DNA of 64,000 bases. Origin: an uncultured Chloroflexia bacterium (lineage in GTDB: Bacteria; Chloroflexota; Chloroflexia; QHBQ01; JADMIH01). Position 1 is the first letter of the stretch, and the number at the start of each line of letters is the position of its first letter. The stretch lies in assembly GCA_963797095.1 (NCBI GenBank), contig CAWCNY010000002.1, positions 736,001 through 800,000 of the forward strand, read 5' to 3'. A model generated the notes under the pieces. The model did not search any database. It was not told the origin of the DNA and saw only the letters and a program-made list of their open reading frames with translations. This document shows positions 49,080 to 60,176 of the stretch, in pieces. The translations under genes were made by a program, and so were the position numbers.

Positions 49080-50102
49080 TCACGTATCTTGCCCCAACGC
49101 TTCAATCAATTCATATGCTACAGTGGCAGGGTCGGTATTTCGTGCCATAAGCTCATTTAGCGCCTGGTCCAACTTGCCATTGCCCTCGAAGTCTTGCCTC
49201 AGCCGCCGGAGAATAAGCTCGCGCGCTCTATCCAACACTTCAACTCGCAATCTCTCTCTGCGTTCCTGTTCGTATAGCCCATGCTCGACCATATACGCTT
49301 TGTGTCGCTTGATCGTCCCTGCCAGTTCTTCGATGCCTTTGCCCTCAGATGCTACCGTCTTCACAATAGGCGGTATCCACGCGCCTTCGGGGTGGGGCAG
49401 CAACCGCATGGTAGTTTTGATGTGATTGGCAAGCCGGTCAGCGCCTTCGCGGTCGGCCTTATTGATCACTATCACATCGGCCACCTCCAGCACTCCTGCC
49501 TTCAGCGCCTGTATATCATCGCCCATGCCTGGCACTTCGATCAGCAGCGTGGTGTCGGCAAGCCCCGCGATAGAGATCTCGTCTTGCCCCACTCCCACAG
49601 TCTCGATGATGATTATATCACGCCCAAAAGCGTCCAGTACCCTTACCACATCCACGGTGGCTGCCGCAAGCCCGCCAAGCTGCCCGCGTGACGCCATCGA
49701 GCGTATGAATACCCCCGGATCGCTGGTAAAGCCGAGCATCCTCACCCGGTCGCCCAGGATGGCGCCCCCACTCATCGCCGATGTTGGGTCCACAGCCACT
49801 ACACCCACAGTATTGTCGTGGCCGCGATAGTACTTGATCAATTCGTTGACAAGCGTGGATTTGCCGGCTCCCGGTGGCCCTGTCACGCCTATTATGTGCG
49901 CGCGCCCGGTGTGCGGAGCAACCAGGCGCAACGCCTCTCGATAGCCTCTTTGCCTGTTTTCCACGAGGGTCATCAGGCGCGACGCCGCCGCCCTATTCCC
50001 ACCAAGCAGTCTCTCGACAAAATCAGCTACTGTACCGGTTGCGGTGACGGGCCTCAGACCTGCCTTTGCGTCCTGGGCTTGCGGTGCGCTTTTGCCTGCC
50101 AT
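49080..50102 (-). CDS. meaB: MeaB/ArgK GTPase chaperone of acyl-CoA mutase
   Basis: GPPGAGKST, GAILGDRVRM, ETVGVGQ, NKAD. Confidence 0.93.
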   Translation of the reverse strand: MAGKSAPQAQDAKAGLRPVTATGTVADFVERLLGGNRAAASRLMTLVENRQRGYREALRLVAPHTGRAHIIGVTGPPGAGKSTLVNELIKYYRGHDNTVGVVAVDPTSAMSGGAILGDRVRMLGFTSDPGVFIRSMASRGQLGGLAAATVDVVRVLDAFGRDIIIIETVGVGQDEISIAGLADTTLLIEVPGMGDDIQALKAGVLEVADVIVINKADREGADRLANHIKTTMRLLPHPEGAWIPPIVKTVASEGKGIEELAGTIKRHKAYMVEHGLYEQERRERLRVEVLDRARELILRRLRQDFEGNGKLDQALNELMARNTDPATVAYELIEALGQDT

Positions 50103-50106
50103 GCCC

Positions 50107-50577
50107 CTATTCTTCCTCGCCAGCTATGCGCGGTGTGACGTTGTCGCGCACAAACTTTACCGCTTCTTCCATAGGAGTGCCAGGTCCGAACACACCTGCG
50201 ATGCCCATTTCCTTGATCGCCGGGATGTCGTCGTCTGGAATGATCCCACCTGCGTACACCAGCACATCATCCAGCCCGCGCTTGCGCAATTCCTCCATGA
50301 CACGCGGGAAAAGCGCCATATGCGCCCCCGACAGGATAGACAGTCCAATCGCGTCAACGTCTTCCTGCAACGCTGCTTCAGCGATCATCTCCGGCGTCTG
50401 GTGCAACCCGGTGTAGATCACTTCCATACCCGCGTCGCGCAAGGCACGCGCGATGATCTTGGCTCCCCGGTCGTGCCCATCCAGGCCGGGCTTGGCGATC
50501 AGCACCCGAATCTTACGGCCTATATCGGTCGCTGCTTCTCTTTTCTCCTGCGTATGGGATGGCGACTTTGCCATCAT
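50107..50577 (-). CDS. Cobalamin-binding small subunit of acyl-CoA mutase
   Basis: [12 protein letters not shown] (DxHxxG), [14 protein letters not shown]. Confidence 0.93.
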   Translation of the reverse strand: MMAKSPSHTQEKREAATDIGRKIRVLIAKPGLDGHDRGAKIIARALRDAGMEVIYTGLHQTPEMIAEAALQEDVDAIGLSILSGAHMALFPRVMEELRKRGLDDVLVYAGGIIPDDDIPAIKEMGIAGVFGPGTPMEEAVKFVRDNVTPRIAGEEE

Positions 50578-51241
50578 CTGTGCCTCCTAACGAACAAGAT
50601 ACCAACCCATATTACCCTAATCGAGCCGCGCTCGTAAAGGTAACCAAGGCACATATGCAGGGCAAACGCATCTAAATTGGAGATGGGCCAAGCAGCACCG
50701 TGAGCAGATAATCGTTGTCCCAACCACACTTGAGCCGCTTGCCTTTGATGCCCACCTTGACCCTTTTCTCAGCTTTGAGCAGGTTAAGGCACTCATGTTC
50801 TAAAAGTATTGTCAACGTCGACAATTGCCAAGCCAAGAATTGCCGTTTTCCTATCAAAACGGCAATTCTTGGCTTAGCCTACTAACGCATCCAATATCTC
50901 GTTTGCTATATAGACTCTCCCGTAATCAGCCTCATTAAGTTGGGATAATATTCCTGCATCTAGAAGCTTCTGAATATGGCGTTGAGCAGTATTATAACTA
51001 TTAAGCCCCAATCGTCGTTGTGCGTCGGGAATAGTAACTATAGGTGCCTCAAAGAGTTTGTCGGCTAAAATCAAAGTGATGGCGGCGGCTCTGGCGTGCG
51101 TAAGTCTATAATGCCAACTGTACAAGAAGAACATAATCCATTCTTGCCATCTGCCTTGCTCGCTGACAGCCAATAACAGATCAAAGTACAGAGATCTGTG
51201 CTTCTCAAAATATGAACTTAGATAAAGAAGGGGCAAAGGTA

Positions 51242-51612
51242 GTGACGGCTCCCCATGAGTGTGAACTCAGGGGCTTCTACAGTTTTTCACTGATACTGTA
51301 CCGCCCTACAGTCATTAGGTTTGTACAAGCTGACGCTCGATACATTTTACGTAGTCTGAGACTTTGAGACTACAACCCCATACGTATCCTACTGCCAAAG
51401 TACGAACCAGGGGAAGGGGTACAACGGGAGGCTATTCTCCTTCTCCGTCACAGATATCATGCCACTTTGGAGGACTTTATGCACAGACTTACAACCACCC
51501 TACTTGGTAGGGAGCCCTACGCGCTACTTGGTAGGGAGCCCTACGCGCTACTTGGTAGTGGCGGCTGTATCCCTACGCCTGAAGGCGAGGGTCTTAGCCG
51601 CTGTGAAAGTCA
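51242..51612 (-). mobile_element. Non-autonomous IS200/IS605-family element (371 bp)
   Basis: Inserted 3' of TTTAT with no TSD; left-end hairpin CCCTCGCCTTCAGGCGTAGGG; right end GAAGCCCCTGAG...CTCATGGGGAGCCGTCAC. Confidence 0.75.
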
Positions 51613-51942
51613 ATAAACCCCAGTGAATTAACGATAGTGAGATTAGCAAACGGCCTGTGCGCCCATTCCCATCGGCAAAAGGATGAATCGCCTCAAAATG
51701 ATAGTGGAGTAATGCTAAACTCACCAAACGTGGCAAGTCATGATCTGCTGTAAGGTATCTTTCAAAGGAACCAAGAAGTTCAGATAATTCACTTGCAGGT
51801 GGTGGCACATATCGGGCGTTTCGTATGCGATCACTTCCTATCCAGTTTTGGCTTGTGCGAAATTCACCTGGATGGGAGTACTCACCACGCACTCCTGACA
51901 TGAGAAGCTTATGCATTTCACGTACTAACATCAGATCAACAG

Positions 51943-53269
51943 GGTTGGTGTATTATCTTTTCTGTAAATTGGGAAATGTGGACCGGCTGAGATAGACAGC
52001 AGGTCAGGGTGTATCCTTTGAGTTGCGAAACACCAAAAGGAGGGCACCCATGACCTACCAGCCAGATTATACGTTATCGCAGGAACTGTTGGAACGTCTC
52101 AACGAAGAAGGATTAGACGCTTTACCAGAGATGATTCGAATCGTCATTAACTCAGCTATGCAAGCTGAGCGGCTCAAATAGTTGGGTGTTGGTGCTCCTT
52201 ACGAGCGCTCTGCGGAGCGGCAGGACCAGTCCAACGGTTACAAGCCAAAGACGCTCAAGACCAGAGTGGGTGAGATTACCTTCTCTGTGCCCCAGGTGCG
52301 ACAGGGCGACTTCTACCCTGGAGCCCTGGAGAAGGGACTGCGCTCGGAGCGTGCTCTCACACTGGCGTTGGCAGAGATGTACGTGCAAGGGGTCTCGACG
52401 CGCAGAGTGGCAGCCATCACCGAGAAGCTATGCGGTACCCAGGTATCCAGTGCTGCAGTGAGCCGAGCTGCCTCCCAGTTGGACGAGGTGCTGGAAGGGT
52501 GGCGCAACCGACCGCTGGGGGAGTGTCCCTACCTTATCCTGGATGCCCGTTATGAGAAGGTGAGGCAGGACGGGCAGGTGAGAGACGCTGCAGTGCTGAT
52601 TGGTATTGGCATCACCCGTGCAGGGCGACGGCAACTGCTGGGAGTATCGGTATCTTTGAGCGAGCATGAGGTGCATTGGCGCACCTTCCTGCAGAGCCTG
52701 GTATCGAGGGGGCTATCAGGAGTGAGGATGATAACATCCGACGCTCATGAGGGGCTGGGGGCAGCACGCAAGGCGGTATTCGGAGGAGTGCCCTGGCAGC
52801 GGTGCCAGTTTCATCTGCAGCAGAATGCCCAGGCTTATGTTCCCCGGCAGGAGATGAAAGCTGAGGTAGCCCAGGACATTAGAGCCATCTTCTCGGCATC
52901 ATCATTGGAGCAGGCCAAACAGATGCTGGACAAAGCGGTTGCGAAGTATGAGAAGAGCGCTGCTCGCCTATCGCACTGGCTGCAAAACAACATCTTGGAA
53001 GGGTTGACCGTCTTTGCCCTCCCACAATCACAGTGGCGATCCCTTCGCACCACCAACGGGCTGGAACGCATCAACCAGGAGGTACGCCGGCGGACCAGAG
53101 TGGTGGGGATCTTCCCCAACGAGGCGAGTTGCCTGCGCTTGGTGACGGCAGTGCTGATGGAGATCAGCGACGAATGGGAGACAGGCCGAGCTTACATGAC
53201 TTTTGACTACTGATTGACCAATTTAGAGGAACACCCTGACCAATTTACAGAAAAAGGCTTGCATAATCC
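51943..53269 (+). mobile_element. IS256 family insertion sequence
   Basis: Imperfect 30-bp IRs sharing TTTTCTGTAAATTGG; TSD TCAACAG(G) at 51936 and 53270. Confidence 0.92.
52050..53213 (+). pseudogene. IS256 transposase with premature TAG at 52179-52181
   Basis: GVSTRRV, LDARYEK, SDAHEGL, WQRCQFH, TTNGLERINQE; ATG 52050 is in frame and has a GGAGG RBS. Confidence 0.85.
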
Positions 53270-53699
53270 TCAACAGGTGCTCGCTTTTGCTCACCTATAC
53301 CATATTCCAGTGCTAGAACATAGTTGCGTACCTCTTGGGCATCAGCGTTTAGTGCTGATACTACTCCAGGTAGCGGTAACTGCCTCGCCTCATAAGCATA
53401 TAACTCTTCAATTCCTGTTTGGGTTCCTTCCATACGTGAGGACGCTACGGCTTCTCGTCTGATGAATAGACTAATAAGCAACCGGGGATTGGGCATGGTA
53501 TGACCTAGACCGGCCAATTCACCTAAGGCGCGGTCAGCATCGGACAGCGATAGCATGATCTCGCTACTATTTAGTGGCACATCAGGTGGTAACGGCCTGG
53601 ATATAAAGGCGAGACATCTCTTATCCTCATACCATATTTCCGTCAATCTACCGCTTATCGGCTTAAATCGGTTAATATCCATGCTAAGTTTTGCTAGGA

Positions 53700-53742
53700 T
53701 AGAATCAGGAGCGTAGACAAATATTCTACGCTCCTGATTCTA
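53700..53742. terminator. Hairpin downstream of the mutase large subunit
   Basis: TAGAATCAGGAGCGTAGA / TCTACGCTCCTGATTCTA. Confidence 0.65.
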
Positions 53743-53768
53743 CCACATACTAATATTGGTCTGTGAAA

Positions 53769-55535
53769 TTATACTACGTTGCTGAACTCCTGCACCCCGA
53801 ACACCGATTTCAGCACGTTGGCTATTTCTCCTAACGTTGCGTAAGCGTGGGCCGCTTCGATCAGCGCGGGCATGATATTCTCGTCGCGCATTGCCGTCTG
53901 GCGCACCCTCTCAAGGGCCGCCGACCACCGCTCCTGGTCGCGCTCGGCGCGCAGACGGGCCAGCTTCTCGCGCTGCTTCTCCTCGCCCCTGGGGTCCATC
54001 TCCAGGATCGGGATCTCGACTGGCTCCTCGATGATGTACTTGTTCACGCCGATCATGGTCTTGCGACCTTCGTCTACCTCGTGCTGGTATTCGTAGGAGG
54101 CGCGGGCGATCTCGTTCTGGAAGAAGTGGGCCTTGATCGCGGGGATCACGCCACCGTATTCCTCGATCCTGTCGAAGTAATCATAGCACTGACGCTCCAT
54201 CTCGTTGGTCAGCGCCTCCACGAAGTACGAGCCGCCGAGCGGGTCCACCGTATTCGTCACGCCCGATTCCTCGGCGATGATCTGCTGCGTCCTGAGCGCG
54301 ATCCTCACCGCCTTATCCGAGGGCAGGGCCAGTGCCTCGTCCATCGAGTTGGTGTGGAGGGATTGAGTGCCGCCCAGCACGCCCGCCAACGCCTGGATCG
54401 TGGTCCTCACGATATTGATCTCAGGTTGCTGGGCCGTCAATGAGCACCCAGCCGTCTGTGTGTGGAACCTGAGCCACAGCGACCTGTCCTTCTTCGCGCC
54501 GAAGCGCTCTCTTAGCTCGCGTGCCCAGATCCTGCGCGCCGCCCTGTACTTGGCGATCTCCTCGAAGAAGTCGTTGTGCGCGTTGAAGAAATACGACAGG
54601 CGCGGCGCGAAGTCGTCCACGTCCAACCCGCGATCGACGCACCACTGCACATAGGTCAGCCCATCGGCCAGGGTGAAGGCCAATTCCTGCGCCGCCGTGG
54701 ACCCCGCTTCCCGTATGTGATAGCCGGAGATAGATACCGGGTTCCACTTGGGCAGTTCCTGCGCTGCAAACTCTATCGTATCGACCACCAGCCTCATCGA
54801 CGGTTCCGGCGGGAAGATGAAGGTGTTTTGTGCTATGTACTCCTTCAGGATGTCGTTCTGCGTGGTGCCGCCCAGCGCCGCCCTCGGTATGCCCCGGTTC
54901 TCGGCTGCCGCTATGTAGAATGCCCACACTATGGCTGCCGGGCCGTTGATCGTCATGGAGGTTGTTACCTGGTCGATGGGGATGCCCGCGAACAGGGTCT
55001 CCATATCGGCCAGCGAGGCCACGCCCACGCCCACCTTGCCGAACTCCCCATACGCCAGCGGGTCGTCCGAGTCGATCCCGTACAACGTGGGGAAGTCGAA
55101 GGCTGTGGAAAGCCCCGTTTCCCCATGATCGAGCAAATAGCGGAACCTTGCGTTGGTCTCGTCAGCCGACCCGAACCCCGCGAACATCCGCATCGTCCAG
55201 AAGCGCGAGCGGTACATGGTGGGGTGGATGCCACGCGTGAACGGATATTCCCCAGGAAAGCCAAGATCCTGCTCATAATCGAAACCCTGCACATCGGCGG
55301 GGGTGTAGATACGCTGAATTGGCTCGCCCGAAATGGTGGTGAAAGTCTCCGGTCCCCCGCGCTCAGGCAATCGCTTCATCGACGAAGCGACTGTGTTCTC
55401 CTCCCACCGCCTCCGCTCGGCGGCGATCTTCTGCTGGCTCTCGGTAAGCTGCGTATTGTGCAGCCTGCGTCCCACTCCGTTGCGATACTGGGCGTGCTTG
55501 TTGGAACTGGTGGGTTTGGAGATCATATCTACCAT
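53769..55535 (-). CDS. B12-dependent acyl-CoA mutase large subunit (isobutyryl-CoA mutase-like residues)
   Basis: [48 protein letters not shown]. Confidence 0.92.
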   Translation of the reverse strand: MVDMISKPTSSNKHAQYRNGVGRRLHNTQLTESQQKIAAERRRWEENTVASSMKRLPERGGPETFTTISGEPIQRIYTPADVQGFDYEQDLGFPGEYPFTRGIHPTMYRSRFWTMRMFAGFGSADETNARFRYLLDHGETGLSTAFDFPTLYGIDSDDPLAYGEFGKVGVGVASLADMETLFAGIPIDQVTTSMTINGPAAIVWAFYIAAAENRGIPRAALGGTTQNDILKEYIAQNTFIFPPEPSMRLVVDTIEFAAQELPKWNPVSISGYHIREAGSTAAQELAFTLADGLTYVQWCVDRGLDVDDFAPRLSYFFNAHNDFFEEIAKYRAARRIWARELRERFGAKKDRSLWLRFHTQTAGCSLTAQQPEINIVRTTIQALAGVLGGTQSLHTNSMDEALALPSDKAVRIALRTQQIIAEESGVTNTVDPLGGSYFVEALTNEMERQCYDYFDRIEEYGGVIPAIKAHFFQNEIARASYEYQHEVDEGRKTMIGVNKYIIEEPVEIPILEMDPRGEEKQREKLARLRAERDQERWSAALERVRQTAMRDENIMPALIEAAHAYATLGEIANVLKSVFGVQEFSNVV

Positions 55536-55708
55536 TGCGAATCACTCCTTCGTGATGTCTGTTACTCGTATCAATAATGCCTATAAAACTCATTATACAC
55601 ACTATCCGCGCTACAAAGGTAGCCCCAAATGGGTAGTTTCTGATGTAGAATAACCCCAAGGTCCAGCCAACTCTGCCTTATGAGCCGGATATTACTCAAC
55701 CGCCTGCG

Positions 55709-56329
55709 CTAGCTCGTCTGTGGGCTTTGCTTCGCTGCGACCATCCGTTTCAACTCCTCCACCGCCTTCTTTCTCCGTCCTGCCTCCTCCATCATCACCT
55801 CAATTGCCAGGTCGTAGCTCCCCATATTGTTCCTCTTTAGAGGCAGCTCAAGCATCTCGATCAGCGAGTCGGCGGCGTGGCTGCGCACGAGATCTTCTCC
55901 GTCCTCCAGCGCGCCAAGCAGAGCCTTGATCACTTCCGGTTTGTTGATATCGCGTAGTGCGCGGGCCGCGTCTATGCGCGCTCCCCAATCGGGGTCCCCC
56001 TGCAATTCGTTGATAAGCACGTTGACAGCGGGGGGCCACTCGGCTATCTCCCAGAGGGCCAGCGCCGTCTCCACCCTCTCTTTGCCTACAGCATCCCCCA
56101 GCTTCATCTTCAGCTTATCAACTGCGCTTTTTGACCCAAGTACCCTCAACCCTACCGAGGGCCTGTAATCGCTCGTACCGAGGGCTTCCAGCAACAACCG
56201 TTCGGCCTCCTTGCGCTGATCCCCTTCCAGCGCCTCAAGAGATCGGGTGTCCAGCCCGTCATGCCACGCCATGTAGGGGTCACCAAAGAAAGATTCCATA
56301 AAAGCGTTCCACTCATACGATGGCATCAC
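55709..56329 (-). CDS. HEAT repeat protein
   Basis: Repeated R..AA.AL helices (RIDAARAL, VRSHAADSL). Confidence 0.75.
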   Translation of the reverse strand: MMPSYEWNAFMESFFGDPYMAWHDGLDTRSLEALEGDQRKEAERLLLEALGTSDYRPSVGLRVLGSKSAVDKLKMKLGDAVGKERVETALALWEIAEWPPAVNVLINELQGDPDWGARIDAARALRDINKPEVIKALLGALEDGEDLVRSHAADSLIEMLELPLKRNNMGSYDLAIEVMMEEAGRRKKAVEELKRMVAAKQSPQTS

Positions 56330-56446
56330 TGCCCTCCCATAAAGATCGTCATGCGCCAGATAGCCCGCGCTTGCCGCGGATCGTGCAAGCTATTATAGCC
56401 TGCCCCCCTGACAGGCGTCACGAAACGTGAGTTATCCCAAAATCTT

Positions 56447-56520
56447 GGGGAGGGGCCTTCTAAAACAGCCAAAAATGGCGACTCCGCCGCCATTTTTGGC
56501 TGTTTTAGAACCAGTTTGTG
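56447..56520. repeat. About 70-bp palindromic repeat, copy in reverse orientation
   Basis: Reverse complement aligns with 5661-5733. Confidence 0.8.
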
Positions 56521-56584
56521 CGCCTGCGAACCCGAATCTCAAATTCGGGTTGCCCCATGTTCAGGGCGGGTTTGGGTCTGTTTG

Positions 56585-57309
56585 TTAGGCGGTGCTGCCC
56601 TGGGGCGCAAGCCCCTGCGGCCTGCGCAACCAGAAGTAGAGATAGGCCAGCAGCTCCCTTACCTGATAAGGCTTCGACCGTGCGCGAGTGGCTCCCTTGC
56701 GAATGGCGGCGCGCAGTTCAGAGGCACTACTGCCAGGGAATGAAGTGTACCCCTTGCCTATCGCCAACAGGATATGAGCATCCGAGTTGCCGAGGGCCGA
56801 TAGCCTGCGCACGCTGGCGTTGTACCTGGCGGCGCGCCTGTTCGCGGGGCCGAGGGTCGGCGTGCCGTTTATCGTTTCCAGCGCGTCGATGTCCAGCCGG
56901 TCTACGTATTTGCCGAGGCCCTCCATCGTGATGGGACGCCCCTCGATCTGTTCGGCACGAAAAAAGGGGTGTGGCGCAAACGCGACCCCACCCCCTTCGT
57001 GAATTGCGGCCACGGTGTCAGCCGCGCTCATGCCGGGTGGAATGCACTCCTTTAGGAACAGCCCGACCAGGTGTCCCTGCCGGGTTGAGACCTCCTCCCC
57101 TACTATGACCTCGAACGGATAGGATACTGGGTGTGCGCAACTATCTCTTGCGCCTCCAAAGCGCCTCTGATAGTGTCGTGATCTGTTATTGCGGTTACAT
57201 CGAGCCGAGTGTTGCGTGCCACATGCTCCAGCAGCGCCCTCACGGTTGGCGCACCGTCCGAATGGCGCGTGTGCATGTGCAAGTCGGCCCCGCCTACCCG
57301 GTTGCTCAT
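56585..57309 (-). pseudogene. PHP-domain phosphoesterase, frameshifted
   Basis: DLHMHTRHSDG and ITDHD in one frame; PHPF and GNSDAH in another; shift near 57120. Confidence 0.8.
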
Positions 57310-58473
57310 ACAGGCACCCTCCTTTTCTGCTTCCGCATACTTGATCTCTCTGCTACCACCTCATCTTGTGGGCGCATAAACGCCTCATGCCACCCCATCA
57401 ACTCATCAAAGATTGCTTCCCAGGTGTATTTCTCTGCCTGTTGCCTGGCTGCCAGCCCTATCGTGCGGCGTAGGTCGGCATTGGCGACCAAACTACGTGT
57501 CGCAGCGACTAAGGCTTCTTGATCGCCTGGGGGGCCAGAAGTCCGGTCACCCCAGGCTGTACGAGATCTTTAACTCCACCCGCGCGCACTCCCACCGCAG
57601 GCAATCCGGAGGCCATAGCCTCGCGCACCACCTGTCCGAAGGTTTCGAGCTCGGATGGGAACACAAAGAGATCTGCTGTAGCATAGGCGGTTGCAAGTTC
57701 TTCGCCATGCAGCCAGCCGGTAAAATACACGTTACGATCGGCGATGGCCTGGGCAAGCGTCGCACGGTATGGCCATCACCGACCACCAGCAGTGCCGCGT
57801 CGGGTAAAGCCTTTGCCACAGCGATCAAGGTGCTCAAGCCCTTCTCAGGAGCAACCCTGCCGACGTAAGCGAGCACGGGCCTATCTTGAGCGCCCGTTAT
57901 GGTTGCTCGCAGGGCCGGATCGCGTCGCCCAGGGTGGAACATCTGCGTGTCAACACCGCGCCCCAGAACGTGAACGTTGCGCATTCCATCGCCGCGTAGC
58001 TCGGCGGCTATGGTTTCGGTGGGGGCAAAGTTGATAGAGCTGTCGTTATGGATTGCAAGCAGCCGCCGCCACGTCAGCCCGGCAAATAGGCTCAGGCCAT
58101 AGTGGCGTGCGAAGCGCACGAGGTCTGTTTGATAATGGGAGGCGACCGGGAAGCCCAGATCGCGTGCTAGGCGCAGCCCATACGCGCCCAGCACAAAGGG
58201 GCCTGCGAGATGTACTATGTCGGGCTGCCATGCTCGGAGGATGGGGCGCATGCGCCTGGAATGAGGGGCGACAACAAGGCCGGGATAGAGCGGGAACCCC
58301 ACTCCGCGCACCCGCACGACCTCGACGTTGCCGTATTGGGTGGGGCCGTCACCCGGCGCAAAGAGAATCGCGCTGTGACCGCGTGTTTGGAGGTAGTCAA
58401 GGAACTCGATCAGCATCCTCACGATGCCGTCGACGCGAGGCAGATAGGTCTCGGTGACCAGCGCAATTCGCAT
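57306..58473 (-). pseudogene. GT4 glycosyltransferase, two frameshifts
   Basis: MRIALVTETY, YVGRVAPEK, then ETFGQVVREAMASG and YTWE in other frames. Confidence 0.82.
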
Positions 58474-58789
58474 CAAGGTTTCTCTATCAGTCGTACATTA
58501 TCGGCCCTATGATTTCGCAATGCATCTCCTCATTGACATAACCATGTCAATCGTAACATGATCTTATCAATACCGTGTTAAGGTGAATAGATAACCGGAG
58601 CATGTATTCCACAATTTGGCAAAGTAGGAAGGGACAAAGTGCTTTTCGGGGCTGCAAAACGAACACGAATGAGCTATTAGTTTTACTATTACTGTGCTCG
58701 CTCTATAATATGGTATAGAATCAGGCGATCCGTTGTTGATTGTCTTTCTCATAATTGTATATGTGTGAGAGCCTCAAAGGAGTGTAACA

Positions 58790-60176
58790 ATGGAATTGGC
58801 CCGTCGAATCGCAAGCCGGCCTGCTCTGCTGATATCGGGCGTTTTAGTGGTCGGAATACTTGCCATTCTTGGCATTTTATCTTTCAATCCATCCGACAAG
58901 TCCGCCACCACGGGTCCGGGGCCGGTTGCTACTGCTGGAGCCAACGGCGGCGCTCCAACTCCGGTGCCGAGCAGCCGTGCCCTTATCTTCCTCCCTACCC
59001 CAACTCCGGTGCCTACACCTACCGCTATGCGTGGTCTCAAAGAGGGCATAATCCAGATAGGTGTGGATTCGCCCATTTCTGGTGCAGATGCAAAAAATGG
59101 CATTCCAACACGTAACGGGGTGCAACTCGCCATCGAGCAAACTAACGCCAAAGAGGTATAAAGCTAGGCGATATGACATACACGCTTGAGATGTACGCTC
59201 TCGATGATGCTGTTGATGGCATGCATGACCCTGCACAGGGTTTTAAGAATGCGGAAACTTTCGTCTCCAACTCATCTGTGTTAGCCATGGTCGGCCCTAT
59301 TAACTCGAACGTAGCTCGAGCCCAGATGCCAATCCTCAACAGGGCGGTCCTTGCCCATATTAGCCCTTTCACTTCAGCCCCGTCGCTAACCGATCCGGAG
59401 TATGGCGAGACAAAAGACCTAAGGCCCACAGATAACCTTACTTACTTCCGTGTGAATGCGGCAAGTGACCTTGAAGGACCTGCCGCCGCCGACTTCATGT
59501 TCGACAAACTCAATGTAAGGAAGCTTGCTCTCTTTGAAGATACGGAGACTTACGCCAAGGCGATTGCGGATGGGCTCCAGCAAGAGTTTGTGGCTAAAGG
59601 AGGTCCGCTAACGCTCGTTCAGAGCGTGCCGCTAGGCACTATTGATTTCAGTTCAATAATATCGGATATAGTTTCGCTTCAGCCTGATGGGATCTTCTAT
59701 GGAGGCCTCTATGATGGTCCCAATCTCGCCCTACAGCAATTGAGAGAGGTAGGGTCTAACGTTCTCTTTATGGGGGACGATGGTATTCTGGATCAAGCTT
59801 TCGTAGACGAGGTTGGAAGTGATGGTATAGGTGCTTATTGCGTGGCCGCAGGAGTAGATGCGACAAAATTGCCGGAAGCCCAACAATTCATCAGCGACTA
59901 CAGGGCCAGGTTTAACGAGGAGATAGGCGCTTATAGCGCCAAGCCTATGAGGCCACAAACATAATAATCGACGCGATGAAGCGCGCAGGCACGCCAGACC
60001 GCGAAGCAATGCGCGCAGCTATTGCCGCCACCCATGACTATAAAGGCATACTTGGTACGACCAGCTTTGACGCCAATGGAGATACGACCAATAATTGGGT
60101 ATCGATTTATCAGATTCAGGATAAAGGCAATGGACCTGAGTGGGTACACTTCGATCAGTTGCAGGTGAGCAAATGA
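58790..60176 (+). pseudogene. Branched-chain amino acid ABC substrate-binding protein (LivJ-like), frameshifted
   Basis: IGVDSPISG, VGPINS, YFRV and GTTSFDANGD spread over three ORFs. Confidence 0.8.

Larger units (their letters stand above)
50874..53682 (-). pseudogene. Fic family protein split into three parts by two insertion elements
   Basis: N-terminal EAVASSRMEGT, middle HPFADGNGRTGR, C-terminal PLLYLSSYFE; removing both inserts restores the frame. Confidence 0.88.

Noticed and set aside
51500-51558. Mini-CRISPR-like CTACTTGGTAG repeats
   Set aside because: The intervening sequences are identical, so it is a 24-bp tandem duplication inside the IS605-type element
52179-52181. Pyrrolysine or programmed readthrough of TAG
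   Set aside because: No pyl genes or other support in the window; a point mutation is simpler
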